A stretch of 64,000 nucleotides of DNA from Candidatus Dojkabacteria bacterium. Its GTDB lineage: Bacteria; Patescibacteriota; Dojkabacteria; B142; OLB20. The stretch spans positions 4,430-68,429 of the forward strand of contig JBHHUN010000005.1 in assembly GCA_046753765.1 (NCBI GenBank), in the 5' to 3' direction. Shown here piece after piece: positions 47,738 through 57,116 of this stretch. Within the stretch, counting starts at the first letter, position 1. Every line of letters starts with the position of its first letter. The notes under the pieces were generated by a model. It was not told the DNA's origin. It searched no databases and saw only the letters and a list, made by a program, of their open reading frames with translations. The position numbers were made by a program, and so were the translations under genes.

Positions 47738-49231
47738 TTGGCACACGTAAGAACACGTTTTGCACCAAGCCCCACAGGCTCACTGCATATCGGTGGCATC
47801 CGGACAGCCCTCTACGCTTATGCTATGGCAAAAAAGCACGGTGGTGAGTTTGTGCTGCGAATAGAAGACACCGATCGCAATCGCTACGTTAAAGGCGCAG
47901 AAGAGGAGATCTTTGCTGTCCTTGAAGCGTACGGTCTTATCCCCGATGAAAGCACTAACCACGAAGGCAAGTTTGGCCCATATCGTCAATCTGACAGAAA
48001 AGAGGTCTATCTGAAGTATGCTCGCAAACTCGTAGAAAACGGTCACGCATATTATAGTTTCGAAACTAAAGAGGACCTTGATCAAATAAGAAAAAGGGCG
48101 ATGGAGAACAACGAAAGAGTTGTATATCGCTCATCTTACAGAGACCTCCCATTAGAGAAGGCGCTCGCAAAGGTGGAAGCAGGAGAAGAATACGTAATAA
48201 GGCAGAAGATGCCTGAGGGCGAAGAGGTCACTTACGTTGATCCCCTTCAGGGAAAGATGGCCTTCAAAACTGATGAGGTAGACGAAGGCGTGCTTCTAAA
48301 ATCCGACGGACTGCCGACATACCATCTAGCAGTTGTAGTTGATGATCACCTGATGCAGATAACACACGCATTCCGCGGGGTAGAGTGGATATCTAGCCTG
48401 CCAAAGCATATCTTGTTGTATAAAGCCTTCGGCTGGGAGATGCCGCAGTACGTGCATCTTTCACTCATACTCGACCCTGGCGGCGGAAAGCTCTCAAAAC
48501 GAAAAGGCACAGTTGCCGCTGGTACTTTCCTGGAAGAAGGCTATCTTCCCGAGGCGATGCTCAACTTCCTGATGCTTCTAGGCTGGTCGTCACCCGAAGA
48601 GCGAAAGCATGGCGAGCAAGAAAGAGAGCTATTCTCGCTGGATGAATTTGTTGAGATGTTTTCGATTGACGGCCTTAATAAGAGTAGCCCAACCTTCGAT
48701 AGAGAGAAGCTGCTTTGGTTTAACTCAAACTATCTGCAAAAAGCGGACACGAAAAAACTCGCAGAAGCCTTTATTAGTTGGCTGGAACGATACGCGAATG
48801 ATCCGGAGCTCTTGAAACTGATCGAAGAGAAAGACACGGACTTTCTTGAGAGGATATTGGTACTCGAACAACAGAGGGTCAAACTTCTCTCAGAGCTTCC
48901 CGGAGCGATAATGCTGTTTTATGGCCGCCCCGAGAAAGTGAGCCTGGACAAAGTTAAGCGTCTTAAAAAACTACCCCCTGAGATGGGGGACAAGATATTC
49001 ACTGAGTTTCTTGGAAAGCTTGCAGCACACGAGAGTTTCACAGATTGGGACCAGGAAAACTGGGAGCAGGATGTGAGAAGTATTGCAGATGGCCTAAAGC
49101 TTAAAGCGGGAGAGGTTTTTATGACGCTCCGCATCGGCGTAACCAGTTCAGATGTATCACCACCACTTTATGAAACAATGGAGATCCTTGGAAAAGAAGA
49201 GGTAACTGAGCGCTTAAAGCGATATCTTTAG
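47738..49231 (+). CDS. gltX: Glutamyl-tRNA synthetase (GlxRS)
   Basis: HIGH-type motif PSPTGSLHIGGIRTALYAY and KMSKS-type KLSKR. Confidence 0.9.
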   Translation: MAHVRTRFAPSPTGSLHIGGIRTALYAYAMAKKHGGEFVLRIEDTDRNRYVKGAEEEIFAVLEAYGLIPDESTNHEGKFGPYRQSDRKEVYLKYARKLVENGHAYYSFETKEDLDQIRKRAMENNERVVYRSSYRDLPLEKALAKVEAGEEYVIRQKMPEGEEVTYVDPLQGKMAFKTDEVDEGVLLKSDGLPTYHLAVVVDDHLMQITHAFRGVEWISSLPKHILLYKAFGWEMPQYVHLSLILDPGGGKLSKRKGTVAAGTFLEEGYLPEAMLNFLMLLGWSSPEERKHGEQERELFSLDEFVEMFSIDGLNKSSPTFDREKLLWFNSNYLQKADTKKLAEAFISWLERYANDPELLKLIEEKDTDFLERILVLEQQRVKLLSELPGAIMLFYGRPEKVSLDKVKRLKKLPPEMGDKIFTEFLGKLAAHESFTDWDQENWEQDVRSIADGLKLKAGEVFMTLRIGVTSSDVSPPLYETMEILGKEEVTERLKRYL

Positions 49232-50983
49232 ATGAAGTATCCTATTGGACTTATCACCGCCCTGATTTTTTTCACCGTCTCGGCTGTTGCAGCTCCGGTT
49301 GCAGCACAGAAGGCCACGGTCGAAAGCATCTCCACCGAAGTGACTTTTCACACCGACCTCACAGCATACGTTTCAACCACTCTCAAGCTTAAAAACAGGT
49401 CCGATCAGTATCTCCTTTCAGAGATTGCGTTTACTCTCCCAAGATCACCGCAAAATTTCAAGGCCAGGATAGACGACAGGTCAGTCTCCGCCGATATTAA
49501 AGGAAAAAAGGTTAATCTTAACCTTGGGTCTGGATCTATCGAGCTCAATCAAAAGGGGACGCTCGAGCTTGAGTATCAGTTGAAGGGTCTGGTTGAAGAC
49601 TTCGGAGTGATTAAAAGAATGAGTTGGCCCACAACAAGTTTCGCCCCTAAAAGAGGGGAACTTGGAAAGCTTGTGCAGAAAATCTCTTACCCATCAGAAT
49701 GGGGAGAGCTCACCTACAAATCAGGACAGCTCGAGAGTGAGCCTGGCATAGACGGTTTCACCTCTTTTTCTTCTACCACTGATGAAACGCTCAGTCTCGT
49801 TGCAGGTGGGTATACAAACGCAGAGCTCAGTATGGGTTGGCGGATCACTAATCAATTAGATGAGAGTATACGATTCAGGGTACCAGTTCCCGGAGAAAGT
49901 GTAGGGATGTTTAAGTTGGATAGCTATGAAGGTGCCAAGAGCGGTTTCATGGATGAAGAACAAAACAAGTTCCTGACTCTACATCTTGACTCAAATGTTG
50001 TGGCAGAGGGGAACTTCTCGGGAGTGTTTGGCAAAACAGGGTTTATGTTTAATGGAGAGGGAGATGGGCTTGTGCCCGACGGATTTCAGACAGACTGGCA
50101 ACAACTTGGAATCACAAAAGAAGATGCCGAAGGGATCTACAAAAAAATCTTAGAGAAACTTCACCCCAGTTTGATAAATAAGTTTAAAACGAGAAGCAAT
50201 GTGGCGGGCAGCCTATCAAAAGACGAGCACGACTCCCTCGATTACTCTAACCTGCTTGTTGCAGCGCTGCGTGGAAATGGAATCCAGTCAGAGATAGTTT
50301 TTGGTCTGGTGAACTTTCCTACAGACCAGACATACCATTGGCACTACTGGGTGGTTTATCGCGAAGGTAATCAGTGGAACCAGATAGATCCATTTCTCGA
50401 GGACCTCTCAGGCTTCGACTACTTCACACAGATTGATCAGCTGCGAATTCCCTGGGGTACAGTACCAAAAGACAATTCGACTGACAGCCTCGGCTTTAAT
50501 CATCTTGGGCTCACTAAAGATATCAAGTTTGATCCACCTGTAGTTGAGGGGGCTCAGCCCGACAGTGCAAAAGTCTTTGCATTGCTCGAGCTAACGGGAA
50601 ACGCGTACTCAGGGCAACCTCTCCCCCTGTTGCTTAGGGTAGTAAATGGCAGCAATGTGCCAGTTTCCTTAAGTGATATCTCAATCGAAAATGTGAAAGT
50701 TGCAACAGATGAAATTAACAGCTTCTGGATCATACCTCACACATCACAGCTCATTCAGGTTGATGAAATCAGTGTTAGTGATCCATTTTTCACTGGGGAG
50801 AAAACTGTCTCCGGTAGTATGAAAGTGCAACTGGATGATGAGACAAGGGTTCTGGATATCAGCCTCCCCCTTGATATTCAAGTGAATTATCAGATGCTTA
50901 GTGTGAATCTACTCATCCTTTTCCTTCTCTTAATTCTCGCTTCCGTCTTTGCCCGAAAAAGATTTCTCAATAAGGGGTTCTAA
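49232..50983 (+). CDS. Exported protein with transglutaminase-like core lacking the catalytic Cys (probable pseudo-enzyme), C-terminal TM anchor
   Basis: Signal peptide. DYSNLLVAALRGNGIQSEIVFGL resembles the TGase-core CxxFA...GIPAR motif with Cys replaced by Ser/Asn, followed by HYWVVY...WNQIDP. C-terminal TM LLILFLLLILASVFA. Confidence 0.4.
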   Translation: MKYPIGLITALIFFTVSAVAAPVAAQKATVESISTEVTFHTDLTAYVSTTLKLKNRSDQYLLSEIAFTLPRSPQNFKARIDDRSVSADIKGKKVNLNLGSGSIELNQKGTLELEYQLKGLVEDFGVIKRMSWPTTSFAPKRGELGKLVQKISYPSEWGELTYKSGQLESEPGIDGFTSFSSTTDETLSLVAGGYTNAELSMGWRITNQLDESIRFRVPVPGESVGMFKLDSYEGAKSGFMDEEQNKFLTLHLDSNVVAEGNFSGVFGKTGFMFNGEGDGLVPDGFQTDWQQLGITKEDAEGIYKKILEKLHPSLINKFKTRSNVAGSLSKDEHDSLDYSNLLVAALRGNGIQSEIVFGLVNFPTDQTYHWHYWVVYREGNQWNQIDPFLEDLSGFDYFTQIDQLRIPWGTVPKDNSTDSLGFNHLGLTKDIKFDPPVVEGAQPDSAKVFALLELTGNAYSGQPLPLLLRVVNGSNVPVSLSDISIENVKVATDEINSFWIIPHTSQLIQVDEISVSDPFFTGEKTVSGSMKVQLDDETRVLDISLPLDIQVNYQMLSVNLLILFLLLILASVFARKRFLNKGF

Positions 50984-51039
50984 AAAGTTGAACGTAATTC
51001 TTAAAGTGGCCAAAAACTTTACTTACCGCTGTATTTGTA

Positions 51040-51068
51040 TTGACAGAATTTGTTGTTTGAAACATAAT
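51040..51068 (+). promoter_or_regulatory. Candidate sigma-70 promoter (TTGACA-17-CATAAT) for the 51095 gene
   Basis: Perfect -35 at 51040-45, a 17-nt spacer, and -10 CATAAT at 51063-68, about 27 nt upstream of the ATG. Confidence 0.45.
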
Positions 51069-51094
51069 AGAATTAGTGTTTTTACTGTCCTAAT

Positions 51095-53692
51095 ATGGTA
51101 GGGAAGCCCAAGCAGTACGTAGTAAGTCTGTCACAGATCGATAAAGATGGCTCGAAGTTAGTAGGCGAAAGGGCCTTGTTACTGCGAGAGGTATCCGGCC
51201 ATGGCATTCCCGTTCCCTCCAGTTTTGTAATTACAACAGAAGCTTTCGACGACTTCATTATCGCTAACGACCTTGTTAGTTTTATCTCTGCGCATATCAA
51301 CGAAGTGGACTATACGAGCGAAAAGTCAGTTAGAAAAACTGCCAGCGCAATACAGTCAGCCATCGTTGAGGCAAAGGTGCCGGATCTTATTAAAAGTCCA
51401 CTTGAAAAGGTGTATTCCGGTATAGGAGGTCTGTTTGACGCCTTTGTCACCGTGCGGACATCTCCGGTTTTTCGCGAGCTGGATGAGGTTAACTACCACG
51501 AGCCCTACATAATCAACAATGTTAAGGGCAAGGGACACCTGCTCGACACTGCAAAAGAGCTCTGGGCAAGAATGTTTTCTCCTGAAGCACTGCTGTTCAG
51601 GGCAGCGCTTGGCTATGAGGGATCCATCACACAGGCACTGCTTGTCCAAAAGATGGTACAGGCAGAAGTATCAGGCAAAGTTTTTAGTGTTAACCCCGCG
51701 AATAACGACAAAGATGTCATTGAGGTTCAGGCAATTTTGGGCGTTAATGACCCCCAGGTATCTGCGGATCTGGTCCCCGACAGTTACTTTTACAACAAGC
51801 AGACAGAAGAGATTATTGAGAAAAAGATAGTTGGTCAGGATAACATGGTAGTCCGCAGAGGTCGAAGTCAAAATGGGAGTCCCAACACAAAAGTGGCGAT
51901 ATCTGAAATCTGGCAGAAAAAGCAAAAGATAGATGACCGCAACATAATTAATCTTGGTAGAATTACAAGTTTACTTGAACAGCTGTATAAGTCGGAGATA
52001 GAGATCGATTTTGCATTTGAGGCGGGAAGGCTCCAAGTGATCGAGATTACACCGATTGAAAAGGCAAGGACTGCCCGGAAGCTCAACATAGTAGAAGACC
52101 AGCTTCGACCGATCGTTGAGAAGTACCCGTCTATGGGGCAGAAGGTAAAACCTAGAAAACGAAATGTCAAAACAGCAGAAACTCCTGCAAAGGAGTCTGA
52201 TACGCCCAAGCAAAAAGAGAAAACGATGGATGATTATGTGAAAGAGGTTGAGAAAGCTCAGCAGGATGCACCGCTGCATCAGGAAAAACCAGATGGTGAT
52301 GTTAAATACGTCGGCGAAAAGATTGTGGTTGTTGTGAAGCCAAAGGATGAGCTTGACCAGATACTTGAAGGAACTGGCTGGGGAAAAGGGTTAAGCTTCG
52401 GTCTTGCACATTTTATATTGCAGGATGTTGACTGGCTTGGCCTTACAGGAGACGAGATTTTAGTAATTGAACGGTTGGACAAAAAACACTTGCAAGCAGT
52501 TAATAAATCAAAGGGCGTTGTCTTGAAGAGCGTGTTGAAAGAAGAAGAGTTACAGCTTATTAAAGTCCCAGTTCTCCACTCGGTGGACAAAGCGATGAAC
52601 GTGCTGCGCGAGAATGAGGTTATAACACTGGATCCTGAGGCTGGAGCTATCTACCTTGGTGCCGGGAAAGAACTTTCGGAGCAGCCTGAATCAGGTATAG
52701 ATCAGTCGGTTGCGACCGAAGGTGAAGGGGCGAAGGCAGAGAAAACGGCGCTGTTCCCCCGCCCGGTGATCCAGGAGGTAGTAGCGGAGCAGAAAAACGT
52801 CATAGAGACAACAGGTAAATTCTGGCAGATTTACAGTCCAGATGACCCCAAAGTTGAGCTACTCCATAGCAACGGAATGTTTATTGATCTCTCAAGATTT
52901 TACAAATCAGCGGGCTTGAGCCCCGAATACCTCCTGAGTGAACCGGATCAGCGCAGGGGATTTATGAAGAGTGTGATAACAGTTCTGGTACCCATGCTTC
53001 AGCAGCTCGAAAACAGGCAGGCAATACTGCAGGCAAGTGATATTCCACTCGAGGAGTTAAAACATCTAAAAGGCAGTGACCGCATGAACTACGATCATCG
53101 CTTTCTGTCAGGTGCTGGCAAGTTTGCAGCTGATCCAAATCTACTAAACATGGAGCTTGAGATACTGAGTATCCTCCGTAACCGCGAGTCTCTTAGGAAT
53201 TTATGGTTTTCAATACCAAGAGTTAATACAGCAAGTGAGCTCTCCGAAACAAAGAAAATAGTTTCATCATATGGATTTAGAAGATCTTCAACCTTTAAAT
53301 TGCTGGCGACAGTTTCAACTTCTCTTTCGGCGGTGTCAATTAAATCTATCGTTGAGAATGATGTCGATGGAGTTATTTTCGACTATGACAGTATAATGGA
53401 GGATCTGCTTGGACGTGGTGAGTACGAAATCGATGATAACCTAACGAAATTTTTCACCTGGCTGATCGAGACAGTAAATACAAACAGGGCAAAACCGTAT
53501 CTGTTGAATCACAAATACAGAATAGAAAAAGCTGCCCTAAGAGGTATGCTTGAAAAAGGGCTGAACAATTTTATCTTGACAAGGGATCAACTTTATCCTC
53601 ATAAACTGCTAATATCGAGTCTGGAAGTAAAAAGGATAGGAGTTAAAAAGAAACGTGGCAGAAAGAAGAAAAGGATCGATTACGGGTTTTAA
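51095..53692 (+). CDS. PEP synthase/PPDK N-terminal (ATP-grasp nucleotide-binding) domain protein with degenerate PEP-utilizer phospho-His domain and long unique C-terminus
   Basis: N-terminus VVSLSQIDKDGSKLVGERALLLREVSGHGIPVPSSFVITTEAF ... ALLVQKMVQAEVSGKVFSVNP ... IEIDFAFEAGRLQVIEITPI follows the PPDK_N pattern. A later segment (GVVLKSV ... IKVPVLHSVDKAMNVLRENEVITLDPEAGAIYLG) resembles the PEP-utilizers mobile domain but lacks the TSHAA His motif. Confidence 0.55.
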   Translation: MVGKPKQYVVSLSQIDKDGSKLVGERALLLREVSGHGIPVPSSFVITTEAFDDFIIANDLVSFISAHINEVDYTSEKSVRKTASAIQSAIVEAKVPDLIKSPLEKVYSGIGGLFDAFVTVRTSPVFRELDEVNYHEPYIINNVKGKGHLLDTAKELWARMFSPEALLFRAALGYEGSITQALLVQKMVQAEVSGKVFSVNPANNDKDVIEVQAILGVNDPQVSADLVPDSYFYNKQTEEIIEKKIVGQDNMVVRRGRSQNGSPNTKVAISEIWQKKQKIDDRNIINLGRITSLLEQLYKSEIEIDFAFEAGRLQVIEITPIEKARTARKLNIVEDQLRPIVEKYPSMGQKVKPRKRNVKTAETPAKESDTPKQKEKTMDDYVKEVEKAQQDAPLHQEKPDGDVKYVGEKIVVVVKPKDELDQILEGTGWGKGLSFGLAHFILQDVDWLGLTGDEILVIERLDKKHLQAVNKSKGVVLKSVLKEEELQLIKVPVLHSVDKAMNVLRENEVITLDPEAGAIYLGAGKELSEQPESGIDQSVATEGEGAKAEKTALFPRPVIQEVVAEQKNVIETTGKFWQIYSPDDPKVELLHSNGMFIDLSRFYKSAGLSPEYLLSEPDQRRGFMKSVITVLVPMLQQLENRQAILQASDIPLEELKHLKGSDRMNYDHRFLSGAGKFAADPNLLNMELEILSILRNRESLRNLWFSIPRVNTASELSETKKIVSSYGFRRSSTFKLLATVSTSLSAVSIKSIVENDVDGVIFDYDSIMEDLLGRGEYEIDDNLTKFFTWLIETVNTNRAKPYLLNHKYRIEKAALRGMLEKGLNNFILTRDQLYPHKLLISSLEVKRIGVKKKRGRKKKRIDYGF

Positions 53693-53743
53693 TTTAAGTT
53701 AGAAAGAAGAATTCTGTATAATCCTTACATAACTGATAAAAGA

Positions 53744-56700
53744 ATGATGCGACTTAAAACTCTGGCCGTATACTTGCTGAGTGCCTTGATTGTGTTGGGC
53801 ACTAACGTTATCCTTCTTCCGGTAAATAATGTCTCTGCACAATCTGAACCGGATGGTGCCGAAGAAGTTTTAGATCGTGCCGATGAGTACGATCTCGACC
53901 ATCTGTTTGTCAAATACAAAAATAGCGATGAACCTCAGTTGGTAGAAGTTGATCCTGCAAGCAATGGTCAGATAACGGTATTTTCGGAGAGTAATAAGTA
54001 TGATGGCGACATCGTCGAAAAGCAAGAGCGGCTCGCCGATAAATTCAATCAGCTTCTCGATAACCCGAGAGTTGAATACGTTCAACCTCAATACATTTAT
54101 TCAATTGGAGCCTGGAGCCGAAGCGGGACACAGGATACACCAGACGATTTTGATACGACATCACCGTATAACCATTGGTACTACGACGCATCTAATGTTC
54201 GCGAGATGTGGCAGGATCAGGACTGTCAGGGGGGCGGTGCAGGTTGTGGTGGAGATTCAAATGCTACTGTTGCTGTAATTGATACTGGCTTGGCATACGA
54301 ATCCAGAACTTCGGCCTGGGGAGACAGCTTTGCCCCAAATGATGACATGTTCGGAGGCAGTAATATCAATCTTTATACCAATACTGCTGAAATCAATGGC
54401 GATGCGGGCACCAACTGTTTTGATGAGATAGACGATGATGGTAATGGTTTTGTCGATGATTGCTATGGTTTTAATTCAGCAGAATACATCTACTGTTCCT
54501 TCACTACATCCTGCACAACAACCCAGGAGGCAGAGATGGGTCATCCAAATGATGATGGTGGACACGGAACATACGTAACTGGTCTAATAGCTTCGTTGGT
54601 GGATAACAACCTGGGGAGTGTCTCTCCTGCACATAATGTGACGATAATGCCGATCAAAGCTTCGTTTTTCCACTCCGGCTCGTTTGGTTCTATGGAGCTG
54701 TGGTGGGCGATTGACTATGCAGTTAATCAAGGGGCAGATGTTATTAATCTGAGCCTTGCTGGCCCTACCTTTGATCAGGGGTTGTCCGATAAGCTCCAGT
54801 GGGCAAAAGATAATGGGGTGACAGTTGTGGCAGCAACTGGAAATACTAACTCCAGCGTTTACTATCCAGCAGCTTTTGACTCTGTTATTGCTGTAGGAGC
54901 GGTAAGGCCAAATGGAACCCGAGCTTTTTATTCCAACTATGGGACTGATATTGATATCACTGCCTATGTCGGGAATGGAGGGGGGATAGGGGATACTGTC
55001 TATCAACGGAGTTATACCTGTTTCTTCCTTAATCCGAACTGCTATTCAACAAACGCGTATACCACATTTTCAAATGGTTATGGAATCGGTACCTCTTATG
55101 CGTCACCACAAGTTGCAGCGATGGTCGCGTTAATAATTTCTGCCAAGCCATCGATCACCAGGCAGGGAATAGATAACCACTTATTTGGCGATGCGACAGA
55201 TCTTGGTACAGTTGGCTGGGATAATCAGACAGGGTGGGGAGTAATCGATTTTGAAAAGACGTACAAAAATGTTTCCAGCAATGGAGCACCCACTTTGGCA
55301 ATCCTTGAGCCAAATGGAGTAGGTGATACTGGAGATACGTCTTTTAATATTACGTGGACAGACAGTGACCCTGACGATGATGCGGTGATCAATTTCTACA
55401 GGGATAATGATGGCGCCGGATTTGATGGCGTATTGATAAGCGGATGTGATAACATTGCCCAGTCAGCTGCTTCGGATACATGCAAATTCGACACAAGACC
55501 GCTGCCAGCAGATGATTACTACATCTACGGTTGCATAACTGACTATGTTAATCCACTCGACTGTAGCTACGGCGGAGGACCTATCACAATATCTCACACC
55601 CCCATCAGGGAGTTTGGTTTAGCTGTTGTCAGTACCGATTGGGTGCCAATATCGTTTCAGAAGACATACAGTGATCCGCCAATAGTATTCGCAGAGGTAT
55701 CAAGCGAGAATGGAACCAACAAGATATTTGCAGACATTAGAAACGTTACTTCCGCGGGCTTCGAAGTCAGGATAGAGGAGAACACAATGTCGGGATGGAA
55801 TGGGATACACGGAAACGAGGATATAAGCTGGTACGCAGTTCAAAGCAATACAGGAGCAGAAAAAGTTGGTGAATCCGTGATAAATACTGACTGGGTGAGT
55901 ATTGACTTTCTGACATCCTTTGCCAGCATTCCAGAGCTATTCGTCATGGTGCAGTCAGAGAATGGTGGCAATATTGTTTATGCTGATGTTAGAAATGTGA
56001 GTACAACAGGATTCGATGTCAGACTCGAAGAGCCAGTCGGTTGGAACGGGCTCCATTCAGATGAATCGGTTGGGTGGATTGCGTTTGAAACAAATCCCGT
56101 AACAGGCGGGCAGGAGGGCAAAGCCACAACGGATCAGGATTGGAGTACAGTATCTTTTACTCCAGCTTTTTCCGAGCCACCAGTGTTAATAGTCTCTGTT
56201 GATACGGAAAATGAGGGGAATTACGTAAATGCGGATATTCGTAACCTGGATGCAAACGGATTTGAGTTTATGATGGAGGAAGATATCCTAATCCAGAATG
56301 GTATCCATGGAGATGAGACCGTGAGCTGGGCTGCGTTTCCACTGAGTACAATCAATTCACAATCCGGAACCGTATCTATAAATAGTAACTGGACAGAGAT
56401 ATATTTTCCACAATCATTTGAGTCAAAACCGAAAGTTTTTGTTGAGATAAATACAGAAAACGGACAAGACACAGCTGAGGTAGACATAAAAGATGTAATG
56501 CCGTATTCATTTACGGCCAGGATAGAAGAAGATAAGCTTGCGGGTTGGGGAGCTGGCGGACACACTACAGAAACCATCACATGGTACGCAATTTTAAATC
56601 CCGGTTCGGGTGAACAGGTTGGAAATAGCAGCGTAGACCACAATTGGAAGACCGTAACCTTTTCCTCACCGTTTACTTCTACTCCAAAAGTCTTTGCGGA

Positions 56701-57100
56701 TGTGCAAACAGAAAACGGTGGTCAGACTGCAGCAGTCGATATGAAAAATATAACGACGACCGCATTCGAGGTCAAAGTAGAAGAGGATCCAAGAGCCGGA
56801 TATGATGGAAACCATGCGGTCGAAACTGTCTCATGGCTCGCGTTTGAGACACCCTCAATGGGAGAGACAGGTACAGTAGCTGTAGATCAGGACTGGACAG
56901 CGGTGGATCTGAGCAGCTTTGGTTTCAGCGGTGTGCCTAAATTACTGGCTGACATTCAGACCGAGAACGGAACCCACACTGTTCAGGTTGATATTCGAAA
57001 TCTCTCCAGTACCGGGTTTGATGTAAGAATGGAAGAGGAACCCAGGATATGGGATGGACTTCATGCTCTGGAAACGGTTTCTTGGCTGGCTTGGGAATAG
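53744..57100 (+). CDS. Secreted subtilisin-like serine protease (S8) with N-terminal propeptide-like region, Ig/FN3-like spacer and six C-terminal ~82-aa tandem repeats (possibly H-type-lectin-like)
   Basis: Signal peptide. S8 triad contexts TVAVIDTGLAYE (Asp), HGTYVTGLIAS (His), GTSYASPQVAAMVALI (Ser), and a calcium-loop-like EIDDDGNGFVDD. Six repeats of the pattern DxxW-x-V-x-F-(P/S)-x-F-x-P-x-V(F/L)...(Q/N)TENGG...VD(I/M)(R/K)N(V/I/L)(T/S)xxGF(E/D)V(R/K)(I/V/L/M)EE...G-x-H-x-(D/E)-x-(V/I)-(S/T/G)-W-(Y/L/I/A)-A-(V/F/I/W). Confidence 0.75.
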   Translation: MMRLKTLAVYLLSALIVLGTNVILLPVNNVSAQSEPDGAEEVLDRADEYDLDHLFVKYKNSDEPQLVEVDPASNGQITVFSESNKYDGDIVEKQERLADKFNQLLDNPRVEYVQPQYIYSIGAWSRSGTQDTPDDFDTTSPYNHWYYDASNVREMWQDQDCQGGGAGCGGDSNATVAVIDTGLAYESRTSAWGDSFAPNDDMFGGSNINLYTNTAEINGDAGTNCFDEIDDDGNGFVDDCYGFNSAEYIYCSFTTSCTTTQEAEMGHPNDDGGHGTYVTGLIASLVDNNLGSVSPAHNVTIMPIKASFFHSGSFGSMELWWAIDYAVNQGADVINLSLAGPTFDQGLSDKLQWAKDNGVTVVAATGNTNSSVYYPAAFDSVIAVGAVRPNGTRAFYSNYGTDIDITAYVGNGGGIGDTVYQRSYTCFFLNPNCYSTNAYTTFSNGYGIGTSYASPQVAAMVALIISAKPSITRQGIDNHLFGDATDLGTVGWDNQTGWGVIDFEKTYKNVSSNGAPTLAILEPNGVGDTGDTSFNITWTDSDPDDDAVINFYRDNDGAGFDGVLISGCDNIAQSAASDTCKFDTRPLPADDYYIYGCITDYVNPLDCSYGGGPITISHTPIREFGLAVVSTDWVPISFQKTYSDPPIVFAEVSSENGTNKIFADIRNVTSAGFEVRIEENTMSGWNGIHGNEDISWYAVQSNTGAEKVGESVINTDWVSIDFLTSFASIPELFVMVQSENGGNIVYADVRNVSTTGFDVRLEEPVGWNGLHSDESVGWIAFETNPVTGGQEGKATTDQDWSTVSFTPAFSEPPVLIVSVDTENEGNYVNADIRNLDANGFEFMMEEDILIQNGIHGDETVSWAAFPLSTINSQSGTVSINSNWTEIYFPQSFESKPKVFVEINTENGQDTAEVDIKDVMPYSFTARIEEDKLAGWGAGGHTTETITWYAILNPGSGEQVGNSSVDHNWKTVTFSSPFTSTPKVFADVQTENGGQTAAVDMKNITTTAFEVKVEEDPRAGYDGNHAVETVSWLAFETPSMGETGTVAVDQDWTAVDLSSFGFSGVPKLLADIQTENGTHTVQVDIRNLSSTGFDVRMEEEPRIWDGLHALETVSWLAWE
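55625..57097 (+). repeat. Six in-frame tandem ~82-aa domain repeats within the first S8 protein
   Basis: Repeats begin at VSTDWVPISF, INTDWVSIDF, TDQDWSTVSF, INSNWTEIYF, VDHNWKTVTF, VDQDWTAVDL and each ends with VSW/ITW + A. Confidence 0.7.
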
Positions 57101-57116
57101 TTAATACTATAAACAC

